The notes under the pieces: generated by a model
Told to the model about the DNA's origin: nothing
What the model saw: only the letters and a program-made list of their open reading frames with translations
The model's database searches: none
Origin: Nitrospirota bacterium
GTDB lineage: Bacteria > Nitrospirota > UBA9217
NCBI GenBank assembly: GCA_963737155.1
Contig: CAVTRN010000001.1
Span: forward strand, 320,001-384,000
DNA length: 64,000 nt
Direction of reading: 5' to 3'
Shown here: positions 23,254 through 33,355 of the stretch, in pieces
Position numbering within the stretch: the first letter of the stretch is position 1
Layout of the letters: each line of letters starts with the position of its first letter
Program-made: the position numbers and the translations under genes

Positions 23254-23736
23254 TTAAATATAGTCGATGTATTCCCGCTTCCCCTCTTTGAGTGTCTTCA
23301 TCTCTTTCATGAGCTTGTCGGGCGTCATCTTGCCGTGCACGGTCTTATTGATGATGATAACCGGGGCGATGCTGCAAGCGCCTACACAGTTAACTTTCTC
23401 TACGGTGAACTTGAGATCTTCGGAGGTATTTTCGCCGTCGGGAATGGCCAGTTCTTTTACCAAGCTGTTGATCAGCCGTTCCGATCCCTTCACGTGGCAC
23501 GCCGTGCCGCAGCATGCGGTAATCACGTTCTTGCCTTTGGGCTTGAGATGAAATTGTGCGTAGAAGGTGGCGACACCGTAGAACTTCGCCGGCGGAATAT
23601 CGAGCCGTTCAGATACCCAGTTGATCGCGTCCTCCCGCAAGTAGCCGAATTCGGTTTCGATGTCCTGCAGGATCGAGATAATGTTGCCCTCGTTTTCCCG
23701 GTGTCGAGTGAGTATTCCCTCAAGTCTATCTTCCAT
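23254..23736 (-). CDS. NuoE/HydC-like [2Fe-2S] subunit
   Basis: VATFYAQF, CCGTACHVKG, CVGACSIAP. Confidence 0.93.
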   Translation of the reverse strand: MEDRLEGILTRHRENEGNIISILQDIETEFGYLREDAINWVSERLDIPPAKFYGVATFYAQFHLKPKGKNVITACCGTACHVKGSERLINSLVKELAIPDGENTSEDLKFTVEKVNCVGACSIAPVIIINKTVHGKMTPDKLMKEMKTLKEGKREYIDYI

Positions 23737-23884
23737 AATTATCAGTCCTCTTGAGACAAAAAGGGCCGCCTTATTTGTCCCGGCAGCCGCGTATGAGCTT
23801 TGCCGCTTTCTTTAGAAGACAGAAGGAGCCGGGAAGAAAGAATTGAACCTTCCCCCTTCCCTGCTCCCTCCCGTATTCGTCGAA

Positions 23885-26086
23885 TCAAAACATTGGATCC
23901 ATGGTGAGCGCCGGATGACCCTTCTCCGTAAGAAATGCCAGCAGCTTTTCCGAATCCTCCGCAACACTCTCATCGGCGATCTTATCTATAAGATCAGGCA
24001 TGCCCTCTTCCTCGGCACGTTTCTTGAAAACCTCAGCAAAGGACTCCTTCAGGTTCTTGGTCATCCAGACGATACGCTTGAATCCACCTTCCGCGGAGAG
24101 AAATTTCTTGCTCGTGAGGAAGAACCGGCCGATTCCCATGAAGCCCGGGGTCTGGGCGCCGCCACCCACGGTTCCGGCGAGGGTTGAGAATTTCATACCG
24201 ATGGGGGTCATGCCGGTGAAACCGCGGTTGACGACCATCACGCCGTTGGCCTCCGGTACGATGGCGACGATACACTCGAAACAGCCGCAGGAGGTCATCG
24301 GCGCGTCCATAATGCTGTAGGCGTTAAAATACTCCAATGCCTGGTGCGAGTTGGTATATACGTACTCATCAACGCCTTTCCAGCGTCCTTTGACCGCGTC
24401 GAGGGTCTCGCCCTTCTGGACCGGCTGGTTTGCTCCGTTCGGGTCGATCTCATAGGCCGCCTTGGCATCGAGCCAGTTGTAGGCCCCGCAAAGACCGAGC
24501 CGCTCGGGAGAAACGACACAGACATGGTTCGGTGCAAAACTCTGGCAGAGAATACAGGAGTAGTAGATATCCACCGAGTCGTCAGTCATGGTAGCGAGAC
24601 GCACATCGCGTTCGAGATAGGCTTTGCGCGCATCCTCCAACTTGGCCTTCACGTCGGCGTCGTCCACATAAAACGTGACCTGTGCTTTGTCCACGATGTT
24701 GTTGAACTTGTGCTTCATCTGGGTGGTGAGGATATCGCCGAAGTGCTTGAGCTGGAAACCGTCCTTGAGGGCGTTGATGCTGACGCGCAGCCAGTTCTGG
24801 TCGCGCTGACCCATGTGCCAAATACCCTGCGCCTCGTTGATAAAATGATGGATCTTGCGCTCGAGCACCGGTTCGAAGTCCTTCTGCATCTTTCGGCCTG
24901 CCACTTCAACGACGATGCCGAGCGGCATCTGGCCGCCTTTGGTATACCGTCCCTCGGGGTCTGCGCCGACGATCGTGACCTTGCCGTCTTCCACCTCGTC
25001 GAGGTTCACCGTATGGAGCCATTCAAAAGCCGCCGTGCGCTGCCCGCCGAACTCGATGTGCATGTCTTCCTTGCGGATGCGCTCGCCTTCGAAGGCCGGG
25101 CCGTAGGCCACGGGAATGGGCGGTTTAGAAACGGTAATTTTGAGGCCACGCACCTCGATGCATTTCTCGACTATCTTTTTCGGATCGAGTTCCTTGGCCA
25201 CTTCCTCGTAGATCGTGACGCCAGTGGGATGAATCGTGGGAATGTCGGTGTTACAGATGGCCGGGAAGCCCATATTGATCGCGCCCGCACCGGTTGTCCA
25301 GATCCGATCATTCAGTGGTCCGAGCACCATGGCGAAAGCGAACACCTTGTCTTTGGAGTATTTCAAAATCTTCTTGAAATCTCCGCCCTTCATGCCGCCA
25401 AAGGTAAGACCAGCACGCGCCGCCCAGTTCAGGGCGTAGATCGCGTGCTCCACTTCGGGACCGAGCGGAACCAGGCGGGTATCCCAGCCGAGCTGTACAC
25501 CTTTCCTGATAAGCTGCTTGGCCACGCTCTCGCCGTTCACATTGCCGCAGAGGAAGGTGAGGATGTTCTTCTGCTGTAGTTCGCGCGCGATTTCAACCGC
25601 GTGATCGTCGTCATTGGCCGCGCCAATGATGACCACGTAGCCCGGCATGGTGCCATCCACGAGCTGCACACCAAGGTTTCGAAGGATCGTATCGGAGATG
25701 AACCCATGGTAGGTGAGGCCGATTGAATCGTCTTTTACAGGCTCCTGTCCGTAGATATAGCGGATCGCCATGATGATTTCCTGAGCAAAGAGCGATGCCA
25801 TGCCCGCATCGAGCGCCTCGCCGAGGTACGGCTTGTAGAGTACATCCGTGGGATCGTCCGTCAGCATCGGTTTTATGTGCTGTTCAAGAGCCGTCTTCAT
25901 GTCGCCCACGGTATGAACTTCGTAGCCGGTCATGGCGAATAACTGGGGGAGGAAGTAGCCCGTATCCGGGAACTCGAACTTGAAGTCAGCTCCTTTTTCG
26001 CTGATGGCCCTCTCTACGAGGGCTTCCGCCTGTTTAACATAGTAATGAGAGGCCTTGATAGCTCCGCTGGCAATGACTTTTGACAT
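23885..26086 (-). CDS. acsB: Acetyl-CoA synthase (bacterial, with N-terminal domain)
   Basis: A-cluster motifs CILCQSFAP.HVC, LCGAYNW, TSCGCFE. Confidence 0.96.
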   Translation of the reverse strand: MSKVIASGAIKASHYYVKQAEALVERAISEKGADFKFEFPDTGYFLPQLFAMTGYEVHTVGDMKTALEQHIKPMLTDDPTDVLYKPYLGEALDAGMASLFAQEIIMAIRYIYGQEPVKDDSIGLTYHGFISDTILRNLGVQLVDGTMPGYVVIIGAANDDDHAVEIARELQQKNILTFLCGNVNGESVAKQLIRKGVQLGWDTRLVPLGPEVEHAIYALNWAARAGLTFGGMKGGDFKKILKYSKDKVFAFAMVLGPLNDRIWTTGAGAINMGFPAICNTDIPTIHPTGVTIYEEVAKELDPKKIVEKCIEVRGLKITVSKPPIPVAYGPAFEGERIRKEDMHIEFGGQRTAAFEWLHTVNLDEVEDGKVTIVGADPEGRYTKGGQMPLGIVVEVAGRKMQKDFEPVLERKIHHFINEAQGIWHMGQRDQNWLRVSINALKDGFQLKHFGDILTTQMKHKFNNIVDKAQVTFYVDDADVKAKLEDARKAYLERDVRLATMTDDSVDIYYSCILCQSFAPNHVCVVSPERLGLCGAYNWLDAKAAYEIDPNGANQPVQKGETLDAVKGRWKGVDEYVYTNSHQALEYFNAYSIMDAPMTSCGCFECIVAIVPEANGVMVVNRGFTGMTPIGMKFSTLAGTVGGGAQTPGFMGIGRFFLTSKKFLSAEGGFKRIVWMTKNLKESFAEVFKKRAEEEGMPDLIDKIADESVAEDSEKLLAFLTEKGHPALTMDPMF

Positions 26087-26161
26087 CGGTAAACTCCTTA
26101 TCCAAATCGAATGTAATGAACGGCTTTTTGCCCTTTAACCAGTTGAAACGCTTCGAAGGTG

Positions 26162-27502
26162 TTACGCTCTCGCCTTCAGGAAAGTCGGGAGTTGATTCGC
26201 TTCGCGCGGCCCCACGGTGATTTTCCAACCCGCCAGCTTCTCTTCCAGCGCGCCGGAAAGCACGGCCACGTAGCCAGGGATGATCAGCTCTCTATGGCTG
26301 ACGCTCTTTTCAACACCGCTTTCGGTGATGAACTGGGCAATCTTGCCGGCAGTGAACTTGCCAGCCGCCCACGCCGTGAGCACAGAAAGTCCTTCATTGT
26401 CCATGACTGCAAGCCACGAGGGTACCTTGCTGTTCTCAACCTCGCCGCGCACGATGAAGTAGGAAAGCGAAAAATTCGTGGTGATCATGAGCGGTGAATT
26501 TTCCTTGGCGTCTCCCACTTTATAGATGTTCTGCGCGACCTGCATCGGGACCTGAGGATCGGTATAGATGTTCTGGCGCAGCGACAGAAGCGCGAGCATC
26601 TTCCACTTCTCCACATTATTCAAAATAATGATCGACGCATATTTCATCGTACCAATGGCGGCCGTCATGGCCTCGGACAGGGAATCGTCTCGGGTCGCGA
26701 ACGTGATGATCGGATAACCGAGAGGCTTGAAGTTCTTTTTGATCGCCACGCGGCGGATGATGGTAAAATGCTCGATCATGGCCTTAGCCTTGCGCGCGCC
26801 GGAATCGAGCACCAAGTCGTCGACGCCGAGCGCCTTTACCTTCTCGGACAGGGCAGTCAGCGCGTCGAGGCCTTCGGCGGCCACAGCGAGCGACGCTTTT
26901 TTCTCCTTAGCTATTTTTGCCATTGCCTCGGCATTCTCGGCGGTGGCGGCGTAGATTAGCGGTTTCATGTCCGCGCAATGCGTAATTCCCGCTTCAATCG
27001 TCGCCGGGGTTTTGCTCACCAGGATAATGGGCACGCCGGGCGCGCCGTCGACAACCTGCTTTACAACTGAGGCGAACTTCACTGCATCGCCGCCCTCGTC
27101 GGTCACGGCAATAGCATCCACGCGGAGCTTCTGGCCCACGCGGTCGATCTCGGAGGTCTTGACCGCTTCGATCTTTTTGGCTGCGGCATCGCCGGCCTCG
27201 GAGGCTTTGATCGCGACGGCAAAAATATTGGGGTTGAAAAATTTCTTTTCATGCCGGAAGAGGCAGATCTCGTCACCCACTTTAACAGCCTTATCGCCCG
27301 TACCAAGCGTGATGCCGCGAATCGGCGGCGCCGCTGCCTCACCCAGCACTTTCTTCGCGTCGGCGGACGCGTCCGGGCAGGCATCGAGGCTCGCCTGCTT
27401 GGCTGCGAGCTTCATGGCAAAAGCGAGGCAGGTTGGGTGACCACACTTTTTGCAGTTAGTCTTTGGAAGATATTTGAATATTTCAACACCAGAGAGAGCC
27501 AT
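26162..27502 (-). CDS. acsC: Corrinoid iron-sulfur protein large subunit
   Basis: LPKTNCKKCGHPTCLAFA, YTDPQ, LTAWAAGKF, GPREA. Confidence 0.96.
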   Translation of the reverse strand: MALSGVEIFKYLPKTNCKKCGHPTCLAFAMKLAAKQASLDACPDASADAKKVLGEAAAPPIRGITLGTGDKAVKVGDEICLFRHEKKFFNPNIFAVAIKASEAGDAAAKKIEAVKTSEIDRVGQKLRVDAIAVTDEGGDAVKFASVVKQVVDGAPGVPIILVSKTPATIEAGITHCADMKPLIYAATAENAEAMAKIAKEKKASLAVAAEGLDALTALSEKVKALGVDDLVLDSGARKAKAMIEHFTIIRRVAIKKNFKPLGYPIITFATRDDSLSEAMTAAIGTMKYASIIILNNVEKWKMLALLSLRQNIYTDPQVPMQVAQNIYKVGDAKENSPLMITTNFSLSYFIVRGEVENSKVPSWLAVMDNEGLSVLTAWAAGKFTAGKIAQFITESGVEKSVSHRELIIPGYVAVLSGALEEKLAGWKITVGPREANQLPTFLKARA

Positions 27503-27618
27503 CGGTAAACTCCTTTCGCTATCTTAACATCATAACCACAGAGAATAATGCGAAAAAACGACCGGGATGAATGGTTCTGGAGCTCTCCCTGTTTTCTCTG
27601 TAGCAAAATTATAAGGTT

Positions 27619-28557
27619 TTAGACCAGTTCGGAAATCAATTCCTTCGCTTTTGCCGCTGCGCCCGGATGCCGCATGATCAGCATATCCGCTCCCGCGGTG
27701 ATCATGGCTGAAGCGGAAACCGATTCCCAGGCAAGGGCTCGGTCTCCCAAGCCGCCCCATTCGGGCATTTCGGTATCGGGCGCCATGGTTTCCTTGACTT
27801 TCCAGACATTCATCCCGATGTCACAAACGATGGGCGTCTGCATCATAGGATCGTTCTGCAGGAGCGCTGCCAGACGGATGCGCTCCATCACGCTGTACGT
27901 ATATTCAAGACCATAGCCCAGGGCCGACGACATGGGGTCCATGATGATGCGCTCCTTGTTGAAGCCCATCTGGGTCAGCAGTATGTTGAGCTGCTTTGCC
28001 AGGTTCACGTCGAGCTGGCTCATGGCGATTAGCTTGTGGTCGTTCGCCATTGCCGCGGCCGCCACTGTCTTGTAGTTCTCTTCAACGGCCTTGCCGATGG
28101 CGCAGTTCTTTCCGCGCGTTGCGCCCGCCGCGGCCTGCAGCACCTGCGTGTCCTTCTCCGCATGGCCGCTGCCGAGAATCATGAGCGGGATGTCGATGGC
28201 CGCGGCAACGTCAGCCGCTATCTTCGCGGCTTCTTCCGCACTCCTGTTTTTCTGGTCCGGATGCGTACCCATGAGCCGGAGCGCCACCAGGTCGGCGCCG
28301 CTCTTCTGGCAGAACTTGGCCCACTGAACCGGGTTTGCTGCTTCGCCACCGATCGCTTTCTTCAGGGTTTCGGGCCAATCGTCGGGCGTGATATCCATTA
28401 CTTCAAGTGCTATGGCTGGTCTATTTGGGAACGTGCCTTCGAACCCCAGGAAGGGAAGGGCGTTCGCGCCCCCTATAGTCACAGCATTTGCGCCGCTGCC
28501 GATCTGTACGTTGTAAATCTTGCCGCTATAGTTCTCTTTAGGTACTACCAGTGCCAT
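27619..28557 (-). CDS. acsD: Corrinoid iron-sulfur protein small subunit
   Basis: DVNLAKQLN, ALGYGLEYTYSVMERIR, MRHP; GAGGAGG RBS. Confidence 0.95.
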   Translation of the reverse strand: MALVVPKENYSGKIYNVQIGSGANAVTIGGANALPFLGFEGTFPNRPAIALEVMDITPDDWPETLKKAIGGEAANPVQWAKFCQKSGADLVALRLMGTHPDQKNRSAEEAAKIAADVAAAIDIPLMILGSGHAEKDTQVLQAAAGATRGKNCAIGKAVEENYKTVAAAAMANDHKLIAMSQLDVNLAKQLNILLTQMGFNKERIIMDPMSSALGYGLEYTYSVMERIRLAALLQNDPMMQTPIVCDIGMNVWKVKETMAPDTEMPEWGGLGDRALAWESVSASAMITAGADMLIMRHPGAAAKAKELISELV

Positions 28558-28705
28558 GAGAGCCTCCTCGAAAAGTAGTGCACATATTAACAGAATTGCC
28601 CGGTCAGAACAAGGGCAAAACGCGCTTCGGAGTGGGAGATTCCAGAGGCATGATGCTGGCTTTTGTGAGCCGCCATCCCGCATCCAAATCCGGAATTAAG
28701 CCTGT

Positions 28706-29494
28706 TTACATCTCCAGATAGGAATGAGCGTACATCTTTTTTCCCAGAATCATCTCGACGGTCTTAACGGTATCCATCATGTCCTTGTCCAATGGATCGA
28801 TGATGGCCGAAGACAGCCCCTCGTACATCAGCATTGCGAGGAAGTTCCTGTTGATGATCGGACGGACATGCTTCGGAGCCCCGTTGGAAATATTCGAGAG
28901 ACCGACCACCGTGTTCATCGGAGGATCATTCAACTCGCGAAACATCTTGATGGCCCGTAATGCCTGCCTGCCCTGATCCTGCATGGTGCAGAGCTGAAGT
29001 ATGAGCGGATCAAGGAAGATGTCCTCCATCGGGATGCCGTATTCCATGCCGCGCGCCATGATCTCAGCGGCGATAACACAGCGATCCTCGGCATCAGCGG
29101 GAATGCTACCCTTGCCCAGCGTAAGAGCGATTATCTTCGCGTTGTACTTTCCCGCGAGTTCCATCATGGGGAACCGCTCGGGCTCATTGGATGTGGAGTT
29201 TACGATCGGTGCGCCCCATGCATTATTGTGCGCCTTAAGACCGGCTTCCATGGCCTTAATGTTCGTCGTATCGAGGCAGAGCGGCTTTTCTACCACTTCC
29301 TGAACAACCTTCACTGCCCAATCCATAAGTTGCGGGCCGTTCTCTTCGGCCGGACCAATGGAAACGTCGATAAAGTGCGCGCCTGCCTTGGCTTGGGCCA
29401 CGGCGAGTTCCTGCAACGGCTTGGGATCGAGCTTCTGAAGGGCCTCACGCACCTTTTTCGCAATTACACTGATTTTTTCTCCGATTATAAGCAT
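28706..29494 (-). CDS. acsE: Methyl-THF:CoFeSP methyltransferase
   Basis: MLIIGE, LCLDT, GLSNISNG pterin-binding barrel; acs context. Confidence 0.92.
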   Translation of the reverse strand: MLIIGEKISVIAKKVREALQKLDPKPLQELAVAQAKAGAHFIDVSIGPAEENGPQLMDWAVKVVQEVVEKPLCLDTTNIKAMEAGLKAHNNAWGAPIVNSTSNEPERFPMMELAGKYNAKIIALTLGKGSIPADAEDRCVIAAEIMARGMEYGIPMEDIFLDPLILQLCTMQDQGRQALRAIKMFRELNDPPMNTVVGLSNISNGAPKHVRPIINRNFLAMLMYEGLSSAIIDPLDKDMMDTVKTVEMILGKKMYAHSYLEM

Positions 29495-29627
29495 GTTCTG
29501 AAACGTCTCCTTTCGAACTGTATCAAGGCTATTAACTATCGCGGGTGATCAGGAGAGCAATCCTGACCTCAAGCACTTTGATTTTCAGAAAGCCGGCCGC
29601 CGTCAGTCGGTGTATATCCGCGACTGA

Positions 29628-30515
29628 TTATTCCTCCACCATCTTGAGCAGCTCCGCTGCCGTGATCTCGGTGATGCTGCCTTTTTCTCGCGCCACGGAA
29701 ACTGTCTGCCGGGCCAATTCTTTATAGAGATCCGTCAGTTCCGGCGTCCGGTTCCCCATGGCGGAAAGATGTCCCCGCACCGTCTCGATGTCGCCCCGCA
29801 TGATCGGCCCGGTAAGAGCATCGGGGATGCCAAGGGTCTCGATATTATGAAGCGTCCCCCGAATGAGCGGCAGCACGCCTTTGAGCGCTTCCTTTTTATC
29901 GGCGCCCAGCGCCTGGTAAAACTTGAGCCCGTAATCAACAAGGGCTACAAAATAATTTGAAACAGCTACCGCGCCTGCGTGGTACAGTGCTGCCGAATCC
30001 TTATCCGAAGTCCACTTCGGCATTGCCAGTTCGATGCCGCCGAGCGCCTTCACGATTTCCTTAACCATGTCCAGCGCCGCGGGATCAGCCTCAATACGAA
30101 AGTAGGAACCGGGAAGTACCTTGATGCCCTGCTCCCGACTTGCAAGCGACTGAAGAGGATGGAGTACGGCACGATAGGCGCCCCTAGCCCCTGCCGCTGA
30201 TAAAAGATCGAGTGAATGAGCTCCCGAGGTATGAACCACGATCGAGCCTGGCTGGATACCGGCCGCCGCGATCCTGTCGCAGGTTTCCCGGATTGCGCGG
30301 TCCGGTGTGGTAATGAGAATAATCCCTGCATTTGCCGCGGCGAGTGCGGCATCCGTCGTCGGCTCCCCTGCACCGATGAATTCCGCTGCTGATGCTGCGG
30401 ATGCCCTCGAACGGGTTACAACGACTGCCACGGCGAATCCCGCTCTCTGCAACAGAAAGCCTATTGAGCAGCCGACACGACCAGCGCCAATGATAGCGAC
30501 GGTTTTCAGGGTCAT
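29628..30515 (-). CDS. Rossmann-like/DUF2520 protein (putative PanG-type ketopantoate reductase)
   Basis: IIGAGRVG, HTSGA, HPLQS, YHAGA, LTGPIMRGD; panB in same cluster. Confidence 0.85.
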   Translation of the reverse strand: MTLKTVAIIGAGRVGCSIGFLLQRAGFAVAVVVTRSRASAASAAEFIGAGEPTTDAALAAANAGIILITTPDRAIRETCDRIAAAGIQPGSIVVHTSGAHSLDLLSAAGARGAYRAVLHPLQSLASREQGIKVLPGSYFRIEADPAALDMVKEIVKALGGIELAMPKWTSDKDSAALYHAGAVAVSNYFVALVDYGLKFYQALGADKKEALKGVLPLIRGTLHNIETLGIPDALTGPIMRGDIETVRGHLSAMGNRTPELTDLYKELARQTVSVAREKGSITEITAAELLKMVEE

Positions 30516-30518
30516 AGC

Positions 30519-31289
30519 CTAAGGGATCAACTTGTCGAGCACGGAATAGAAGCTCGAAAGCGCTTTTGACTCGGCTGGGAGCTGGATCAGCGGTTTGCCA
30601 TTCAAATCATATTCAAAGATCTGTTGATCGGCGGGAACAAATCCCGCAAACGTCACATTTTGCTTCTTGATCGCCTGCAGCATCGATGGGTCTTCGCTGG
30701 TACCATTCTGCACACGGTTCACAATCAGCACCGTGCGCTTGACGTTCAGATTCAGCTCTTTGACGAGGTCGCCGATGCGCCCAGCGGTCATGATACCTCG
30801 AACCGATGAGTCGCTGACGATGAGTAGCAGGTCCGTATCCTGTGTTGTTCGCCGCGATAGATGTTCGAGGCCAGCCTCGTTGTCCATGACTGTATAGGGA
30901 TAGGAGTCGGCCAGCTTATCCATATACTTGCGGATAATGTTATTCGCGGCGCAGTAACAGCCGGCGCCCTCAGGCCTGCCCATCACGAGGAGGTCGAATC
31001 CTTTTGCCTCGATAAGAGCCTGCTGGATCTGGTAATCGAAAAGCTGCTCCATGCTCATGCCGCCCGGCCGGGGCGCCGGCGACTTGACCGCTTCGAGAGA
31101 AGTCTCCCGCAGTTTCCCCACCGTCGCATGGACCGGGACGCCGAGCACGTCGTTCAGGTTTGCATTCGCGTCCGCATCCACCGCAAGCACGGCGCCTTTT
31201 TTCTTTTCTGTCAAATATCGTATGGTCAGGCCGCAGAGGCTGGTTTTTCCCGTGCCGCCCTTGCCTGCTACTGCTATTGAAAAACCCAT
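30519..31289 (-). CDS. acsF: CooC2/AcsF-type nickel-insertion ATPase
   Basis: GKGGTGKT, DADAN, GCYCAAN, DNEAGLEHLSR. Confidence 0.88.
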   Translation of the reverse strand: MGFSIAVAGKGGTGKTSLCGLTIRYLTEKKKGAVLAVDADANANLNDVLGVPVHATVGKLRETSLEAVKSPAPRPGGMSMEQLFDYQIQQALIEAKGFDLLVMGRPEGAGCYCAANNIIRKYMDKLADSYPYTVMDNEAGLEHLSRRTTQDTDLLLIVSDSSVRGIMTAGRIGDLVKELNLNVKRTVLIVNRVQNGTSEDPSMLQAIKKQNVTFAGFVPADQQIFEYDLNGKPLIQLPAESKALSSFYSVLDKLIP

Positions 31290-31392
31290 GTGACCTCGAA
31301 CCACTTGGGTCAAGGGTCGCTTATAACAAGGGTCTTGGGAAAGCGCAAGACCGCCGTTTTCATCCCTTGACTACTTGATGCACGCTACTTGA

Positions 31393-32975
31393 GAGCCTGT
31401 TGCTCAAATGCCAGCATAGCCGTTTATGATCGCCCATATGGGATAGTGCCAGACTGCAAATGGGGTATCTCTGCGAAGCACACGGCATGAATCAGCTGTC
31501 GTTTTCGTTCTTTATACTGCCATCTGGGCCGCAATCTCTTTGCCGCTTCGCCAAAGCTTCAAGAGATTGTGCGTCGCGCAGATGAGTTTCCATTCCTGGG
31601 AGCAGGCTTCAATCCCTCGGCGCATGTAGTGCCGGATGCCGCGATTGTCTTTAATCTGGCCAAAGATCGGTTCGACGGTCTGGCCTCGTTTCTTATAAAG
31701 CTCTCTGCCCCGCTTGGTCAGGAGCTTCCTCTCCATCCTCTGCCGGAGTGTCAGGCTTTTTGGTATCCTCCCTTGGGGCGGGGATGATGCGGCGGCCTCT
31801 TTACGTTGCTTCCAGTCTTTCTTGGTTGCGATAAGATGTTCGGGACCGTCGGGAGTGATGGCCGCAAAGTTCTTCTCACTTGCGTAGCCGGCATCGCTCA
31901 GAGATATTTCGATCTTCAGTTCTTTTTGCAGGGCGATCTCGTTTAAGTTCTCCTGGGCCTTCTGGATCATGGGATGCAGCTGGTTGATGTCGTTTTCCTG
32001 GTTCGTGACCTCGGCGGCGATGATGATCTGCTCCTTGGTGACCACGGCCTGGCTGTTGTAGCCCTGAACATATCCGCTTCGGGTTTTCATGATCCTGCTG
32101 TCCGGATCAGTCATATTGGCCTTCGCTTCCGACGATGGCGTCGGATCAGGCTCCTGAGGTTTGCGGCCCCGTTTCTTGCTGCCGGTTTCAGCCTCTTGGG
32201 CCTGTCGTTCTTCGATCTTTGACTGTTGCTCGGCTGCTGCCTCTGCAGCCTGTTCTTCCAACCGCTTTTTGCACGCGGCAAGGCGGGCTCTGCGGCTGGT
32301 TCGGTCGGCAAGTTCATCAGGAAGTTCGTCGCCCCGTTTGTTTTGGCCGTACTGCCGGTCTTCCTCGGTGTCCTTGGCCTCCGCTTCATCGAGCATCCTC
32401 TTCACTTCCTGCTCGATATGTTCGTACGTGCGGTTGGCTTCCAGGGCTGCGTTAGCCTTTATCTTGCTCCCGTCAAGGGCCACGATGCCGACTTTGACGA
32501 GCCCGGCTTCCTTGCAGAGCTTGAGCATCTGTTTGAACAGCCCCTCCAGTGCCTGGCCGTTGTCCTTCCGAAATCGGCTGATGGTGCAGTGGTCCGGAAC
32601 TTGGTTGGCGGCAATTACCTTGAATCCGATGTCCCGTTCGCAAAGCTTCTCGATCTCACGGGATGATCGGATACCGAGGCTGTAGGCATATAACAGCAGG
32701 GAGACCATCATTGACGGCTCAAAAGCTGCCTGGCCTTTTCCGTCCTGACGGTATTTTCGGTAGAATGCCGTAAGATCCATTTCTGCCACGACGTCAAGGA
32801 CCATCCAAACAAGGTCCTTGGATGGCAGCCACTCCTGCAAGGTGGGCGGCATGAGATATACTTGATCTCGGTTACAGTCTTTGAAATTGTAGGCCATCCA
32901 GCGTCTCCTTATATGCGTGATGACCAATACTATACTATTCGTATATTAATGTCAAATGATTTATGCAACAGGCTC
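31393..32975 (-). mobile_element. Complete IS1182-family insertion sequence (1583 bp)
   Basis: 17-bp TIR GAGCCTGTTGC(TC/AT)AAAT, 15/17 match; 4-bp TSD TTGA at 31389-31392 and 32976-32979. Confidence 0.92.
31512..32897 (-). CDS. IS1182-family transposase
   Basis: PDHCTISRFR, ALDGSKIKANA, TDPDSRIM, DAGY, VEPIFGQIK. Confidence 0.95.
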   Translation of the reverse strand: MAYNFKDCNRDQVYLMPPTLQEWLPSKDLVWMVLDVVAEMDLTAFYRKYRQDGKGQAAFEPSMMVSLLLYAYSLGIRSSREIEKLCERDIGFKVIAANQVPDHCTISRFRKDNGQALEGLFKQMLKLCKEAGLVKVGIVALDGSKIKANAALEANRTYEHIEQEVKRMLDEAEAKDTEEDRQYGQNKRGDELPDELADRTSRRARLAACKKRLEEQAAEAAAEQQSKIEERQAQEAETGSKKRGRKPQEPDPTPSSEAKANMTDPDSRIMKTRSGYVQGYNSQAVVTKEQIIIAAEVTNQENDINQLHPMIQKAQENLNEIALQKELKIEISLSDAGYASEKNFAAITPDGPEHLIATKKDWKQRKEAAASSPPQGRIPKSLTLRQRMERKLLTKRGRELYKKRGQTVEPIFGQIKDNRGIRHYMRRGIEACSQEWKLICATHNLLKLWRSGKEIAAQMAV

Positions 32976-33275
32976 TTGACCCTCTTTATTTTTCACGCCG
33001 TACTTCTTCCTGACTACTTCGATCTTGCCGCAGGCCATCTTTCCTTAGGGACAGGCGGCATTGAGTCGATCTGATCCGGACTTGGCGAAGATCATCCGCG
33101 CTACCTTCTTTACGTGCTCGACGAACGCCGCCTGATCCTTTGCCTCGAGCTTTTTTTCAATTCCTCAACGCTTAAGCTTGAAGGGCCGTAGCACAGCTTG
33201 GCAGCCATGGCCACAACTTCTTCAGGGTCCCGGTAAACGCCGGAGAAGAACAGCGTTCAAAAAAGCTGCTGGCAT
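32976..33275 (-). pseudogene. thyX: thyX (flavin-dependent thymidylate synthase) relic with large internal deletion
   Basis: DPEEVVAMAAKLCY..KLEAKDQAAFVE joined to VKKVARMIFAKSG..ACP*GKMACGK; frameshifts and stop at 33045-33047. Confidence 0.75.
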
Positions 33276-33355
33276 CAAACCCCATCCTCTCAGATTACCC
33301 CTCAGCAACCGAGAAGCGAGAAAGAGGGGTATAAAACAGATGATAAGGGACTATT

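Noticed and set aside
19541-25579. Long plus-strand ORFs (453, 317, 411 aa)
   Set aside because: Antisense shadows of fdhA, the HydB-like gene and acsB; no motifs
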